NCBI GenBank assembly: GCA_964409365.1
Contig: CAYPCX010000003.1
Span: 84,577 to 148,576 of the forward strand
Length of the DNA stretch: 64,000 bases
Source of the DNA: an uncultured Planctomycetia bacterium
GTDB lineage: Bacteria; Omnitrophota; Gorgyraeia; Tantalellales; Tantalellaceae
Direction: 5' to 3'
Of the stretch, positions 47,926-57,309 are shown piece after piece. The translations under genes and the position numbers were made by a program. A model generated the notes under the pieces. It was given only the letters and a program-made list of their open reading frames with translations, was not told the origin of the DNA and made no database searches. The stretch's first letter is position 1. The number at the start of each line of letters is the position of its first letter.

Positions 47926-49284
47926 TCAGTCCGTGACCCTGAACGCCTTTTTGACCAGACCGATATTATCCTTGTGGCTCACGATCATGACCTCGTCGTT
48001 CTCTTTGATAACGGTATCGCCCCGGGGGATGACAACGGAATCGTCCTTGATGATCGCTCCCACGACAATGGACTTTTTGAAAAGCTTGTCAAGTTGCGAG
48101 AGCGGCTTGCTCGTAACGGGGCTATTCTTCCTGGTCCTGACCCGCAGGACCTCCAGGTCGGCGGTCTTCAGCTTCAGGTACGTGTCCAAAGAGACCATCT
48201 GTATCTTCTCGATTATCGCGTTAAGCGTGATCTCCTGCGGGTATATGATGTGGTCTATCCCGAGAACGGTGAACAGCCTGTCATACCGCTTGTCGTCCCT
48301 TAAAGCGATGACATTACGGGCCCCTTCGACCTTTGCCAGGAGGCATGACATGATGTTCTCTTCCGCGTATTTACCCGCGGCTATAAAACAGTCGACGCTG
48401 CTTATATTGATCTCTTCGAGCATCTCGGTCTTCGTGCTGTCAATATGGAATACGTCCACGCCTTCCAGCTCGACCGCCGCCATGCGCCCGTGTTCCAGGT
48501 CGGGGTCGGCCAGAATGACCTGCTCTGAATACGGCTTCAAGGCCTCGGCCAGGTGCACAGCCGTAAGGGTATCGCCCGAGATCACTATTTTTTTCATTTT
48601 CGCGGGCTGGCTGTTGATAAGATCGCGGAACGCCCCGAAGGACTCCTTGGGCATGATGACCACTATCTTGTCGCCGGCCAGGAGCTTCTGGTCACCGGTG
48701 GGGGGAAGGCTCTTCCCGGACCGTACGATCACCACGAAGAGCATCTGCGACGCCCCGGTCATGTTCCTGATCTGGGCAAGCGTTTTATTGGCTATGGGCA
48801 TATCCTCGGTCACACGGTAGCCCCGGAGATAGATATTGTTCGACTCGAAATTCGCGGTCTCTATCACGTCTGGCAGCTCCACGTACTGGAGGATCCTTTT
48901 CATCACCTCGCGTTCGGGTTCGATAACGCTGGTGACCCCCAGTTTTTCGAGATTGACATTAGGCGTGTTCTCGGTATAGATGTCCGATTTGAGCCTGGCG
49001 ATCCGCTTCGGTACGCCGTTCTGCATCGCAAAGTGGCAGACCAGGAGATTGGTCTCATCACTGGGAGTAACGGCGATGACAAGATCGGCCGATCTGATGT
49101 CCGCCTGATCGAGAACGGCCGGGCTCGAACCTATGCCCTCGACCACGAAAACATCGAGCTTGCTGTTAATATGTTCGCAAAGCTCTTTATCCTTTTCGAT
49201 GACCGTTATGTTGTGGTCAAGCCCGGAAAAATACTCCGCCAGACTGTATCCCACCATCCCGGCACCGACTATAACGATCTTCAT
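47926..49284 (-). CDS. trkA: Trk potassium uptake regulatory subunit
   Basis: MKIVIVGAGMVG, SDETN, two RCK-N/RCK-C pairs; AAGGAG SD before ATG 49284. Confidence 0.92.
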   Translation of the reverse strand: MKIVIVGAGMVGYSLAEYFSGLDHNITVIEKDKELCEHINSKLDVFVVEGIGSSPAVLDQADIRSADLVIAVTPSDETNLLVCHFAMQNGVPKRIARLKSDIYTENTPNVNLEKLGVTSVIEPEREVMKRILQYVELPDVIETANFESNNIYLRGYRVTEDMPIANKTLAQIRNMTGASQMLFVVIVRSGKSLPPTGDQKLLAGDKIVVIMPKESFGAFRDLINSQPAKMKKIVISGDTLTAVHLAEALKPYSEQVILADPDLEHGRMAAVELEGVDVFHIDSTKTEMLEEINISSVDCFIAAGKYAEENIMSCLLAKVEGARNVIALRDDKRYDRLFTVLGIDHIIYPQEITLNAIIEKIQMVSLDTYLKLKTADLEVLRVRTRKNSPVTSKPLSQLDKLFKKSIVVGAIIKDDSVVIPRGDTVIKENDEVMIVSHKDNIGLVKKAFRVTD

Positions 49285-49350
49285 GATCACTCCTTATATT
49301 TAGCTCCTGTATTATACAACGGTTTTGTCGCATATAAAAAGGGAAAAATT

Positions 49351-49393
49351 CGGACCTTTCACCTGAAAACCCGATCGGATCTTTCACCTGAAA
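49351..49393. promoter_or_regulatory. Tandem palindromic operator-like sites
   Basis: CGGA(C/T)CTTTCACCTGAAA twice at 25-bp period, each containing TTTCA-CC-TGAAA. Confidence 0.55.
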
Positions 49394-49445
49394 TTTCGAA
49401 AAGAATTGCACAACAGGCAGATATCAGTATAGAATAAGGGCGCGT

Positions 49446-50966
49446 ATGGCTGACCGTACTACCTTTATTACGGACATCGAACGGGATTACCCCGATTACC
49501 TGCGTGACGAATCCCGCCGCGCAGGCAGGGCCGATTCCATTTCCTTCCCGCGGACGGAAAAGGAGCTCAAAGATCATCTTGCTGTCCTGCACGGGCTGGA
49601 GAGGCCTGTAACGATACAGGGCGCGCGCACGGGGGTCACAGGCGGAGCGGTGCCGGAGGGCGGCCATATACTCAATCTGAGCAGGATGGACCGGATACTG
49701 GACCTGCGGCACGAGGCCTCTTCGAACCTTTCCTATATTACCGTCCAGCCCGGTGTGCCTCTTTCCGAGGTCCAGGAAAAGGTAAAAGAGTTCAGGGCGG
49801 GGGGAGCGTACTTTTTTCCACCTGATGTCACGGAGAACTCGGCCACGATAGGGGGCATGGCCGCCTGTAACGCATCGGGCGCGGGATCGTTTTTTTACGG
49901 CCCGACGCGCGAGTTCGTGGAACGGCTCCGGGTCGTCCTTGCCGACGGTTCCGTTCTGGATCTCAAACGCGGCGATCAAAAGGCCGATAACCGCTCATTT
50001 TCCCTGGTAACCGATACCGGCAGGGTGATCGCTGGGGAACTTCCTTCCTACAGAATGCCCGAGGTGAAAAACTCCTGCGGTTACTTCGCGCGGGATAACA
50101 TGGACCTTGTGGACCTCTTTATCGGCTCGGAAGGGACCCTGGGGATCATCTCCGAGATCGAGCTCAGGCTGATCCCCGCGCCGGCGGCGCGATGGGTGAC
50201 AATGGCCTTCTTTCCCTCGGAAGAGACTTCCCTTAGTTTCGTAAAAACGATCCGCCGCGGCGCGCAGCATCTGGTCGCGATAGAATTCTTCGGCCACAGG
50301 GGGCTGGACCTCTTCCGCAGGCACAAAAAAGACATCCCGGCTTTCAAGGAAACCCCGGAGATGCCGCCCGAATGGCATACCGCGGTCTACCTGGAATTCC
50401 ACGCAGAAAGCGAAGAAGCGGTAGAGAACGCCTGCATGGACATGTCGAGGATCATGGAAGAATGCGGCGGAGATCCCGACGCTATCTGGGCGGCAAGCAA
50501 TGAGCGTGATATCGAAAGATTGAAAGATTTCAGGCACGCCGTTCCCGAGGCGGTGAACACGCTGATAGACGAGCGCCGCAAAAAAACGCCCCGGCTGACC
50601 AAACTCGGCACGGACATGGCAGTGCCCGACTCGATGCTGGGAGATGTCATTTCGCTTTATCACGCCGGCCTGGCCGAAGCCGGGCTTGAATACGTGATCT
50701 TCGGTCACATCGGGAACAACCACCTGCACGTGAACATACTCCCGAACAGCCTCGAGGAATATGAACGCGGGAAACAGCTGTACCTTGAATGGGCTCAGGA
50801 AGTCATTAAAATGGGGGGCACGGTATCCGCCGAGCACGGTATCGGAAAACTGAAAATACCGTTCCTTCGTAAAATGTATGGTGATGAAGGTATCCGCCAG
50901 ATGCAAAAGGTGAAGGCATTGTTCGACCCGGACAACATATTGAACCGCGGGAACCTTTTCATATAG
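49446..50966 (+). CDS. FAD-linked oxidase (GlcD / D-lactate dehydrogenase family)
   Basis: GARTGVTGG, IGGMAACNASG, GSEGTLG, FGHIGNNHLH, SAEHGIG, DPDNILN. Confidence 0.9.
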   Translation: MADRTTFITDIERDYPDYLRDESRRAGRADSISFPRTEKELKDHLAVLHGLERPVTIQGARTGVTGGAVPEGGHILNLSRMDRILDLRHEASSNLSYITVQPGVPLSEVQEKVKEFRAGGAYFFPPDVTENSATIGGMAACNASGAGSFFYGPTREFVERLRVVLADGSVLDLKRGDQKADNRSFSLVTDTGRVIAGELPSYRMPEVKNSCGYFARDNMDLVDLFIGSEGTLGIISEIELRLIPAPAARWVTMAFFPSEETSLSFVKTIRRGAQHLVAIEFFGHRGLDLFRRHKKDIPAFKETPEMPPEWHTAVYLEFHAESEEAVENACMDMSRIMEECGGDPDAIWAASNERDIERLKDFRHAVPEAVNTLIDERRKKTPRLTKLGTDMAVPDSMLGDVISLYHAGLAEAGLEYVIFGHIGNNHLHVNILPNSLEEYERGKQLYLEWAQEVIKMGGTVSAEHGIGKLKIPFLRKMYGDEGIRQMQKVKALFDPDNILNRGNLFI

Positions 50967-51058
50967 GGCGCCGGCCTTTGCCATTAACATCTTGCGCTAT
51001 TCCGTAATAGGTGTAAAATTAAGAAGATCCTTAAAGGTATCCAAAAAGGAGGTTCGAG

Positions 51059-51478
51059 ATGAGGTTTCTGCAGTATTTTCTGGTCGGGGCCATGCTGTGC
51101 CTTTTCATGGGTGTACATCCGGCTTCAGCCGACGTGATCGGTACAACGGATGAACAGGTAAAAGCTATCGCCGAACCGGTCTTGAACGGCATTCTGGAAG
51201 GTTTTAAGACCGACGATTACGCCCTGTATTCAAAGGACTTCGACGGCACACTTAAAGACGCCATCCCGGAAGGGGAGTTCGTCCGGGTGGACGGCCAGAT
51301 CGAAGACATGTTCGGGAACTGCGAAAGCAAAAAGTACCTGGGGTTCCTCCGGAAAGGGAAGATGACGGCGGTCCTCTGGAAGGCAAAATTCGCGAAAACT
51401 GAAGACGACGTCCTGATCAAGCTCCTGATGTCCAAAAGGGGAGATAAATACGTCGTCACCGGGCTTTGGTTTCAATGA
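51059..51478 (+). CDS. Secreted DUF3887-like protein
   Basis: AAGGAGG SD, signal peptide, YSKDFD, VLWKAKF, VTGLWFQ. Confidence 0.7.
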   Translation: MRFLQYFLVGAMLCLFMGVHPASADVIGTTDEQVKAIAEPVLNGILEGFKTDDYALYSKDFDGTLKDAIPEGEFVRVDGQIEDMFGNCESKKYLGFLRKGKMTAVLWKAKFAKTEDDVLIKLLMSKRGDKYVVTGLWFQ

Positions 51479-52260
51479 CAATAGCTGAGATCAACGATAT
51501 CGAATGTTACTATGAAATCCATGGGACCGGCCGGCCATTGGTTCTTATAGGGGGCCTGGCCAGCGACAGCCAGACCTGGCAGCTTGTCCTTGACCGGTTG
51601 AAAGAACTCTTCAGGGTCATTATTTTCGATAACCGGGCAGTAGGGCGCACGAAAGACGCCGGCAAGCCCTTGGATATTCCCGTCATGGCGAACGACACTG
51701 TTACGCTCCTTGAGCATCTCGGGGTCGGAAACGCCGCTATCCTGGGCCATTCCATGGGCGGATATATCGCCCAGGAGATCGCCATTACATACCCGGCGAG
51801 GGTGAACAAGCTCGTCCTGGCAAGCACTGCCGCATGCACATCAGGGAGGAATAAGCATCTTTTCCTGAACATGGCCGACATATACGAAGAAACCGCCTCG
51901 TATGAAAAGCTCCTGAAAGAATTCATGGTCTGGATGTTCACACCGGGATACTTCGATGATAAAGAAAGAACGGACGAGTTCATCAGATGCGCGCTGGATC
52001 ACCCGTACCGGCAGACACCCGAAGACTTCAAAAGGCAGGTCGAGGCATATATAGAGTACAGTTCCCTAGACAGGCTGGACAGGATACAGGCCGAGACCCT
52101 GGTCCTCTCCGGCGAAAAAGATATACTCATAACGCGTGAGGAAACGGACCTGCTCGCGTCCGGGATACCGAACGCCCGGGTCAAGCACATAGCCGGCACT
52201 GCCCATTCGATACAGACCGAATCACCCGAAAAATTCGCCGACGAAATATGCGCGATCTGA
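51475..52260 (+). CDS. Alpha/beta hydrolase (enol-lactonase-like)
   Basis: YYEIHGTG, FDNRAVGRT, GHSMG, GEKD, TAH. Confidence 0.9.
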   Translation: MTIAEINDIECYYEIHGTGRPLVLIGGLASDSQTWQLVLDRLKELFRVIIFDNRAVGRTKDAGKPLDIPVMANDTVTLLEHLGVGNAAILGHSMGGYIAQEIAITYPARVNKLVLASTAACTSGRNKHLFLNMADIYEETASYEKLLKEFMVWMFTPGYFDDKERTDEFIRCALDHPYRQTPEDFKRQVEAYIEYSSLDRLDRIQAETLVLSGEKDILITREETDLLASGIPNARVKHIAGTAHSIQTESPEKFADEICAI

Positions 52261-52285
52261 AAGAAAACCTGAAGGAGCGGGAAAC

Positions 52286-52894
52286 ATGAAAAGATCCAAA
52301 TTTTCTGTGAATATAGCCGCGATCGTGCTTTCACTGATTTTCTTCTGCCAAAATTCATACGCCGCGACCGCTTCTTATGACCAGGAAGTCATAGCCGGCG
52401 GGCAGCGCGCCATGACAAGCCGCGTCTGGATAAAGGATGAAAAGATGCGCATGGAGACCTCAATGGGAAAAAGAAAAGGGGTCATACTCATAAGGGAAGA
52501 CGGCACCTACAACTACGACCCGGACCGGAACATGGTGATCAAGATGCCGAATTTCGGGGCAATGGAAGGGGGGAGCCCGAACTACGTGAAGGATCCCGCG
52601 GATTATATGGGATACCTCAAAAGCGTCGGTGCCGTAAAGACCGGCTCCGGGGACATAGACGGCCGGCCCTGCGACATCTACAAATACACCGAATCCTCGC
52701 ACGGCATGGATGTCTCGGCGACCGTGTGGGTGTGGAAGAAACACCCCTTTCCTTTGAAAATGATAATGGAAAACCCTTTCGGGAATTCCGAGGTCTATTT
52801 CCGTAACGTCCGCATAAACGAGCCTATACCCGAGAGCATGTTCGAATTACCCAAAAACGCCCGGGTCATGGACGTGACAAAGCAGTTCAGGTAG
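52286..52894 (+). CDS. Secreted DUF4412 / LolA-like protein
   Basis: Signal peptide, KMRME, GRPCDIY, VWVW..FPLK, FELP. Confidence 0.72.
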   Translation: MKRSKFSVNIAAIVLSLIFFCQNSYAATASYDQEVIAGGQRAMTSRVWIKDEKMRMETSMGKRKGVILIREDGTYNYDPDRNMVIKMPNFGAMEGGSPNYVKDPADYMGYLKSVGAVKTGSGDIDGRPCDIYKYTESSHGMDVSATVWVWKKHPFPLKMIMENPFGNSEVYFRNVRINEPIPESMFELPKNARVMDVTKQFR

Positions 52895-52934
52895 TCGATT
52901 TCCTCCGCCCCGACAGATATAAACATACCCCTGG

Positions 52935-52963
52935 GGAACTTTTTCGCCTCCCGTACTGTCTAA
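52935..52963 (+). promoter_or_regulatory. ECF sigma-type promoter
   Basis: GGAACTT-N16-GTCTAA followed by GACAGT, the same ends as 3278. Confidence 0.75.
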
Positions 52964-52988
52964 GACAGTAGAAGGGAGGAGGTGCGTG

Positions 52989-53426
52989 ATGAAAAAGTTG
53001 ACCATGATCGTGCTCATTCTGGCGTTCAGCATGACCTTAGTACTGCCGTGCCCGGCCCAGGAAGACTCTGCTATAGCGATCATAAAAGCGGGCCTTTTGG
53101 GGGCAGGCGCGGGGGCTATCGGCGGGGCGGCTTCCGGAGCCAAGGGAAGGGACATCTGGAAAGGGGCCCTCGCGGGGGCCGGGACCAATATCATAGGGGG
53201 AGCCCTTCTGGACACGATTACCCGCAGTAGCACCACCACGCAGACCCAACGGTACTATGTGCAGCCTCAGCGCGCGGCGTATTCCCAGCCGGTAACGTAT
53301 TCTCAGCCTTCGTACACCGCGCACAGCACCCCCGGTGAGAGCTTCGATGATTACTTCCAGCGGGGGTACTACCTGGGGTACAAGGAAGGGTATGAGCAGG
53401 GATTCCGTGACGGCATGCGGCAGTGA
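52989..53426 (+). CDS. Secreted glycine-zipper protein
   Basis: Signal peptide, GLLGAGAGAIGG..GALAGAG..IGG, C-terminal GYxxGY repeats. Confidence 0.78.
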   Translation: MKKLTMIVLILAFSMTLVLPCPAQEDSAIAIIKAGLLGAGAGAIGGAASGAKGRDIWKGALAGAGTNIIGGALLDTITRSSTTTQTQRYYVQPQRAAYSQPVTYSQPSYTAHSTPGESFDDYFQRGYYLGYKEGYEQGFRDGMRQ

Positions 53427-53476
53427 CAGGTCCCCCCTGGAAATGGTATAATACCGGCAAAAGGGGGAGGTACAGA

Positions 53477-53701
53477 ATGAAGAGGATAATCGTATTGGTA
53501 GTGCTGTTCGCGTTCGCAGCCGGTTCGGTGTGTTTCGCCGCCGAGGGCGCGAAAACGACAAAAGCGAAGGATCCGGTCACGGCCACCTGTGAAGTAGCCG
53601 GAAAGACCGTGGCAGCTCCCGTGGAAGCCGTATTCGGCGGAAAGAAAAAGACGGAAGAACCGGCAAAGACCGGGACGGAGAAAACTACCAAGAAGAAGTA
53701 A
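53477..53701 (+). CDS. Small secreted Lys/Thr-rich protein
   Basis: GGAGG SD, MKRIIVLVVLFAFAAG signal peptide. Confidence 0.68.
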   Translation: MKRIIVLVVLFAFAAGSVCFAAEGAKTTKAKDPVTATCEVAGKTVAAPVEAVFGGKKKTEEPAKTGTEKTTKKK

Positions 53702-53714
53702 TAATACCCTTATT

Positions 53715-54080
53715 TCAGGCTTCGACCCATTGCCAGGCCTCGTCGAGCTGGTCGCCCTCGAAAGTCCTGACCTCGGTATCCTTCATGAAATGGCCTACTA
53801 TTTTAGTGGTCCAGTCGATCCACCTGGGGCCGCCCACAAGGGCTATTTTATCGAATTTCTCGTGGTGCCCGCCGGCGTACTTTATGTCATCCCACATGGC
53901 GCCCACTTCGAAGCCCTCGAACTCGTCCGAAAGGTAATACACGAACCTGGCTTTGTCATGATCGGCTAACATGCGGTCCATGGCGGGGATTATCACATCG
54001 GTGTAATCCGCGGCCGTGACCTTGCCGCTGGCTTTGACGCCTATAATATTATCGTGGCTCTGGGGAAGGATCTCTATCAT
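53715..54080 (-). CDS. SpoIIAA-like (STAS/SEC14) protein
   Basis: GKVTAADY, AMWDD, KIALVG...W, EAWQW; GGAGG SD. Confidence 0.87.
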   Translation of the reverse strand: MIEILPQSHDNIIGVKASGKVTAADYTDVIIPAMDRMLADHDKARFVYYLSDEFEGFEVGAMWDDIKYAGGHHEKFDKIALVGGPRWIDWTTKIVGHFMKDTEVRTFEGDQLDEAWQWVEA

Positions 54081-54247
54081 ATCGCACCTCCGGTTGGGGT
54101 TAGTAAGTTCATACGATTATACTCCCGGTAAGCTGAATAGGGAAGGGAAAAGTACCTCTCTTTTTTTGTGACACAGTTCTGTAACACAAAAATTGCAAGC
54201 GGCAACTAACAACTTGAACTATTCCGTAATAATAGTAAAATAAGAGC

Positions 54248-54718
54248 GTGAACGCGTTCGAACCCACAAGAATAACCTGGATCCTTAGCATCACGGGCCT
54301 GATCATTTATATTCCCCCGATCTACCTGGAAGTGCTCGCCATATGCAGGCCCCGCAGCCAGAAGACCAAAGACCTCCTGGTGGGAAAGGGGGAAGATTAC
54401 AAGGACCAGACCCATGCCTCTTTCTGTCACGGCCACGGCTGGGCCGACATGCTCGTACCGATCCCTTTCGTGATAGCCGGCTGCATCGCCGTGCTGTTCG
54501 GGCGCCCGTGGGGTTACATGCTATGGTTCGCGGGGGCGGCCGTAACGATATATGCCCACCTCATCCTGCTGTTCCTGGAAGGCAGGGAGATCTACACTAA
54601 ATGGGGAAAGCTGGCGTTCTTTACCTACGCATGGGGCATCTGGGTGTACTGGTCTGTGATCGTCATGGTTTACAGCCTGCTCCGCGTGCAGGGCGCGATC
54701 TTCAACACCGGTATCTAA
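54248..54718 (+). CDS. Integral membrane protein, unknown function
   Basis: Four hydrophobic helices; GTG start 6 nt after TTGAAC-N16-TAAAAT. Confidence 0.65.
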   Translation: MNAFEPTRITWILSITGLIIYIPPIYLEVLAICRPRSQKTKDLLVGKGEDYKDQTHASFCHGHGWADMLVPIPFVIAGCIAVLFGRPWGYMLWFAGAAVTIYAHLILLFLEGREIYTKWGKLAFFTYAWGIWVYWSVIVMVYSLLRVQGAIFNTGI

Positions 54719-54738
54719 AAGAAATAGGAGTGAAAAAC

Positions 54739-56031
54739 ATGAAAAAGAACCTCATTTATCTGGCCGGCGCCGTTATCATCATTATCATTGTCACTATCGG
54801 TTTTCTTGTATTCAGGCCGAAACCCCACCCCGCGATCGTCAAGAACGAAATAATCCTTCACAAAGGGCTAAATAAATACATGCAGGTCCGCCACATAGTG
54901 CTTAAAGGGTCCAACGGGGAGATCGGCGAGGCCCTGGCCGACATAGCTCGCAAGGATTACAGGGCCAAACTGATAAAATACGCCGCCCCGGTCTACGCTA
55001 AAGCCCGCCTCGAATACATGAAAAAGAACGACCCGGTCTTGCTTGAACGCATGAAAGGGGTAGCGCGTTACTACGGCCTTTCCTTAGATAAGACCGACTA
55101 CGATACAAGCAGCCTGTACTATTGCGCGGGCCAGCCGGAATGTTCGGCGATCTTTTTTCCCGCTGCCGTATCCGCGAACGGCCACAACTTTTACGCCTGT
55201 AACAGGGACTACTACCTGGCAAGCATGTCGGAGGTCATGGGCAAGAAACGCAAACTGGGCGAGAAAGACATGCTGTCGCGCATGATCGTATTAGAAATGT
55301 ACCCGGATAAGGGATACTCCTCTATCGGCATCGGCGCGCTGGACCTGCTCAATATGTATATCGACGCGGTAAATTCAAAAGGATTAAGCGTCACGGCCCT
55401 CCAGGACGATACTTACGGCATGGAACACACCCTCAAGGACCTCACCAGGCAATCCGGGCTTCATCTGTACCAGGCTATCCGGCTTATCATGGATACCTGC
55501 GCGACGCTGGATGAGGCGAAAGAGGTCCTCTTGAACAACAAGATATCGCTGTCCCTTATCCCGGCGCACATAATGGTCATGGACTCCTCCGGCGGTTCGT
55601 TCATTTTTGAGAAGTCTCCCGAGGATTTCAGTGACCATTTTACGGACAGCAAAGGAAAACCTGTCGTAATAACCAACCACTCCGTTCACGATTACCCGAC
55701 GGTCGATAAATTCCCTGAAGCGGGCAAAGACGATTATGACACTTTTAACCGCTACCGCAGGCTGGAAAAATACGTCGAGGACCACAAGGGCAAATTTTCA
55801 GAAAAGGACGGCGAGCACGCCATGAGCCTGGCATACGGGCGCGTAGATGAAGCGTCGGAAGGGGGACATCATGACCTGCCCCTCAGGACGTTGTATACCG
55901 CGGTAGTCGATATTAACGAACGTTCGATGCGGGTCAGGTTCTATGAGCGCGACGGAAAACCCGACCCGGAAACCGGCCTGGCCACGCTTGTCTTCTCAAA
56001 ACCGTTCGAATTCAAACTGAAAACGGATTAA
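54739..56031 (+). CDS. C45-family Ntn-hydrolase (autoproteolytic acyltransferase/peptidase), membrane anchored
   Basis: PE/CSAIF nucleophile Cys, CNRDY, DAVNSKGL, ITNH, RYRRL. Confidence 0.8.
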   Translation: MKKNLIYLAGAVIIIIIVTIGFLVFRPKPHPAIVKNEIILHKGLNKYMQVRHIVLKGSNGEIGEALADIARKDYRAKLIKYAAPVYAKARLEYMKKNDPVLLERMKGVARYYGLSLDKTDYDTSSLYYCAGQPECSAIFFPAAVSANGHNFYACNRDYYLASMSEVMGKKRKLGEKDMLSRMIVLEMYPDKGYSSIGIGALDLLNMYIDAVNSKGLSVTALQDDTYGMEHTLKDLTRQSGLHLYQAIRLIMDTCATLDEAKEVLLNNKISLSLIPAHIMVMDSSGGSFIFEKSPEDFSDHFTDSKGKPVVITNHSVHDYPTVDKFPEAGKDDYDTFNRYRRLEKYVEDHKGKFSEKDGEHAMSLAYGRVDEASEGGHHDLPLRTLYTAVVDINERSMRVRFYERDGKPDPETGLATLVFSKPFEFKLKTD

Positions 56032-56048
56032 TTGAAAGGGGTCACGGG

Positions 56049-57191
56049 ATGCTGACCAGAAAATACAACCGATTCCAGCGGGAGGTCAAAAAACAGATCA
56101 GCCCTCTCAGGAAGAAAAAAAAGATAGGGGAGGCCGAATTCGACGCTCTCGTCAAAAAGATACTCTCGAACAAAGACCTCGACGTGAAAGACAAGGTCTA
56201 CTGCCGGGACGGCGCCGCTTACGTCCACAAAATAGACAAGCGCACCTTCCAGATACTGGCCTTCCAGATCAACACCTTCGGCAGCGGCGTGTTCGGAAGA
56301 TCCATCGTCAAGCTCTGCACGCCGGTAATGCTGACGATAACCGCCCACGGGACGCACCGCCACCTCCAGCACAGCCTGAAAGATACCTGCCTTTCCATAG
56401 ACGAGCTTTACCTTGGCAAGGACTATTCCGGCAGCAAAGGCCCCCTTTGCGACAGGGAAAAGTTCCTGCCTTACGCCAGGATGATGTTCCTTTCCAAAAA
56501 AACGGCTTATTCTTTCAACCACCAGGTGGTCTATAATATCATGAACGCGAACTACCTCTGCCACCACATAGCGGAGGTAATGGGCTACGCCTTCGGGGCC
56601 CTTGACATCTACTGGACACAGGCGAAGGACCTTTTCTTTTTATCGTCGGGTTCCTGGTTCAACCAGAACAGGCACAAGCTCTACATAAACATCATTGAGA
56701 ACTTTTCTGGGGACAAGATGAGCGGCCACTTCCAGATACCCCATTACGCGGAGCTGGCCGAGAACATCACTAAGTTCAAGGAGGAATTCGACGTCCTGCT
56801 CAGCTCTATAGATTACAAGAAAGAGATAGAGACGTTCTGCCTGCCCGTCGGCTACCAGGTGATACGCAAGAAGAGGTTCAACAAGAACGTCAACGTTATC
56901 ACGAGCCAGCATATCCTGGAACATCTCCTCTCGGAATACTACAAGCGCGAGAACATCTTCGTGGTCGCCAACACTTTCCAGACGCTTGAATACCTCTCCA
57001 GGGCGCTGATAGCCAAAGTGGAAGGCAGACAGGAGGAATTCGCGGATTACATGAAAACCGTCACGTCTTGTCTGGGATACTACCCCGAAAGGGATTTCGA
57101 GGCGTTTTACAGGCAGAAAGAGACCAAATTCCCGGAATTCATAAGCGAATATTCCCACTCCATGTTCTTCAGGGCTCCTGTACTAAGGTGA
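56049..57191 (+). CDS. Hypothetical protein
   Basis: 380-aa ORF with host-like codon usage, co-oriented with neighbours; no recognised motif. Confidence 0.7.
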   Translation: MLTRKYNRFQREVKKQISPLRKKKKIGEAEFDALVKKILSNKDLDVKDKVYCRDGAAYVHKIDKRTFQILAFQINTFGSGVFGRSIVKLCTPVMLTITAHGTHRHLQHSLKDTCLSIDELYLGKDYSGSKGPLCDREKFLPYARMMFLSKKTAYSFNHQVVYNIMNANYLCHHIAEVMGYAFGALDIYWTQAKDLFFLSSGSWFNQNRHKLYINIIENFSGDKMSGHFQIPHYAELAENITKFKEEFDVLLSSIDYKKEIETFCLPVGYQVIRKKRFNKNVNVITSQHILEHLLSEYYKRENIFVVANTFQTLEYLSRALIAKVEGRQEEFADYMKTVTSCLGYYPERDFEAFYRQKETKFPEFISEYSHSMFFRAPVLR

Positions 57192-57309
57192 TCATGAAAA
57201 GGCCCGGAGGCGGAAAACCCTTGAAATTTTCGCGTATATCACTAAAATATACTTGTTGCGTTAAATTCTGAATTGACATATAGATACAAATACGCAGGGG
57301 GTAAATGCC

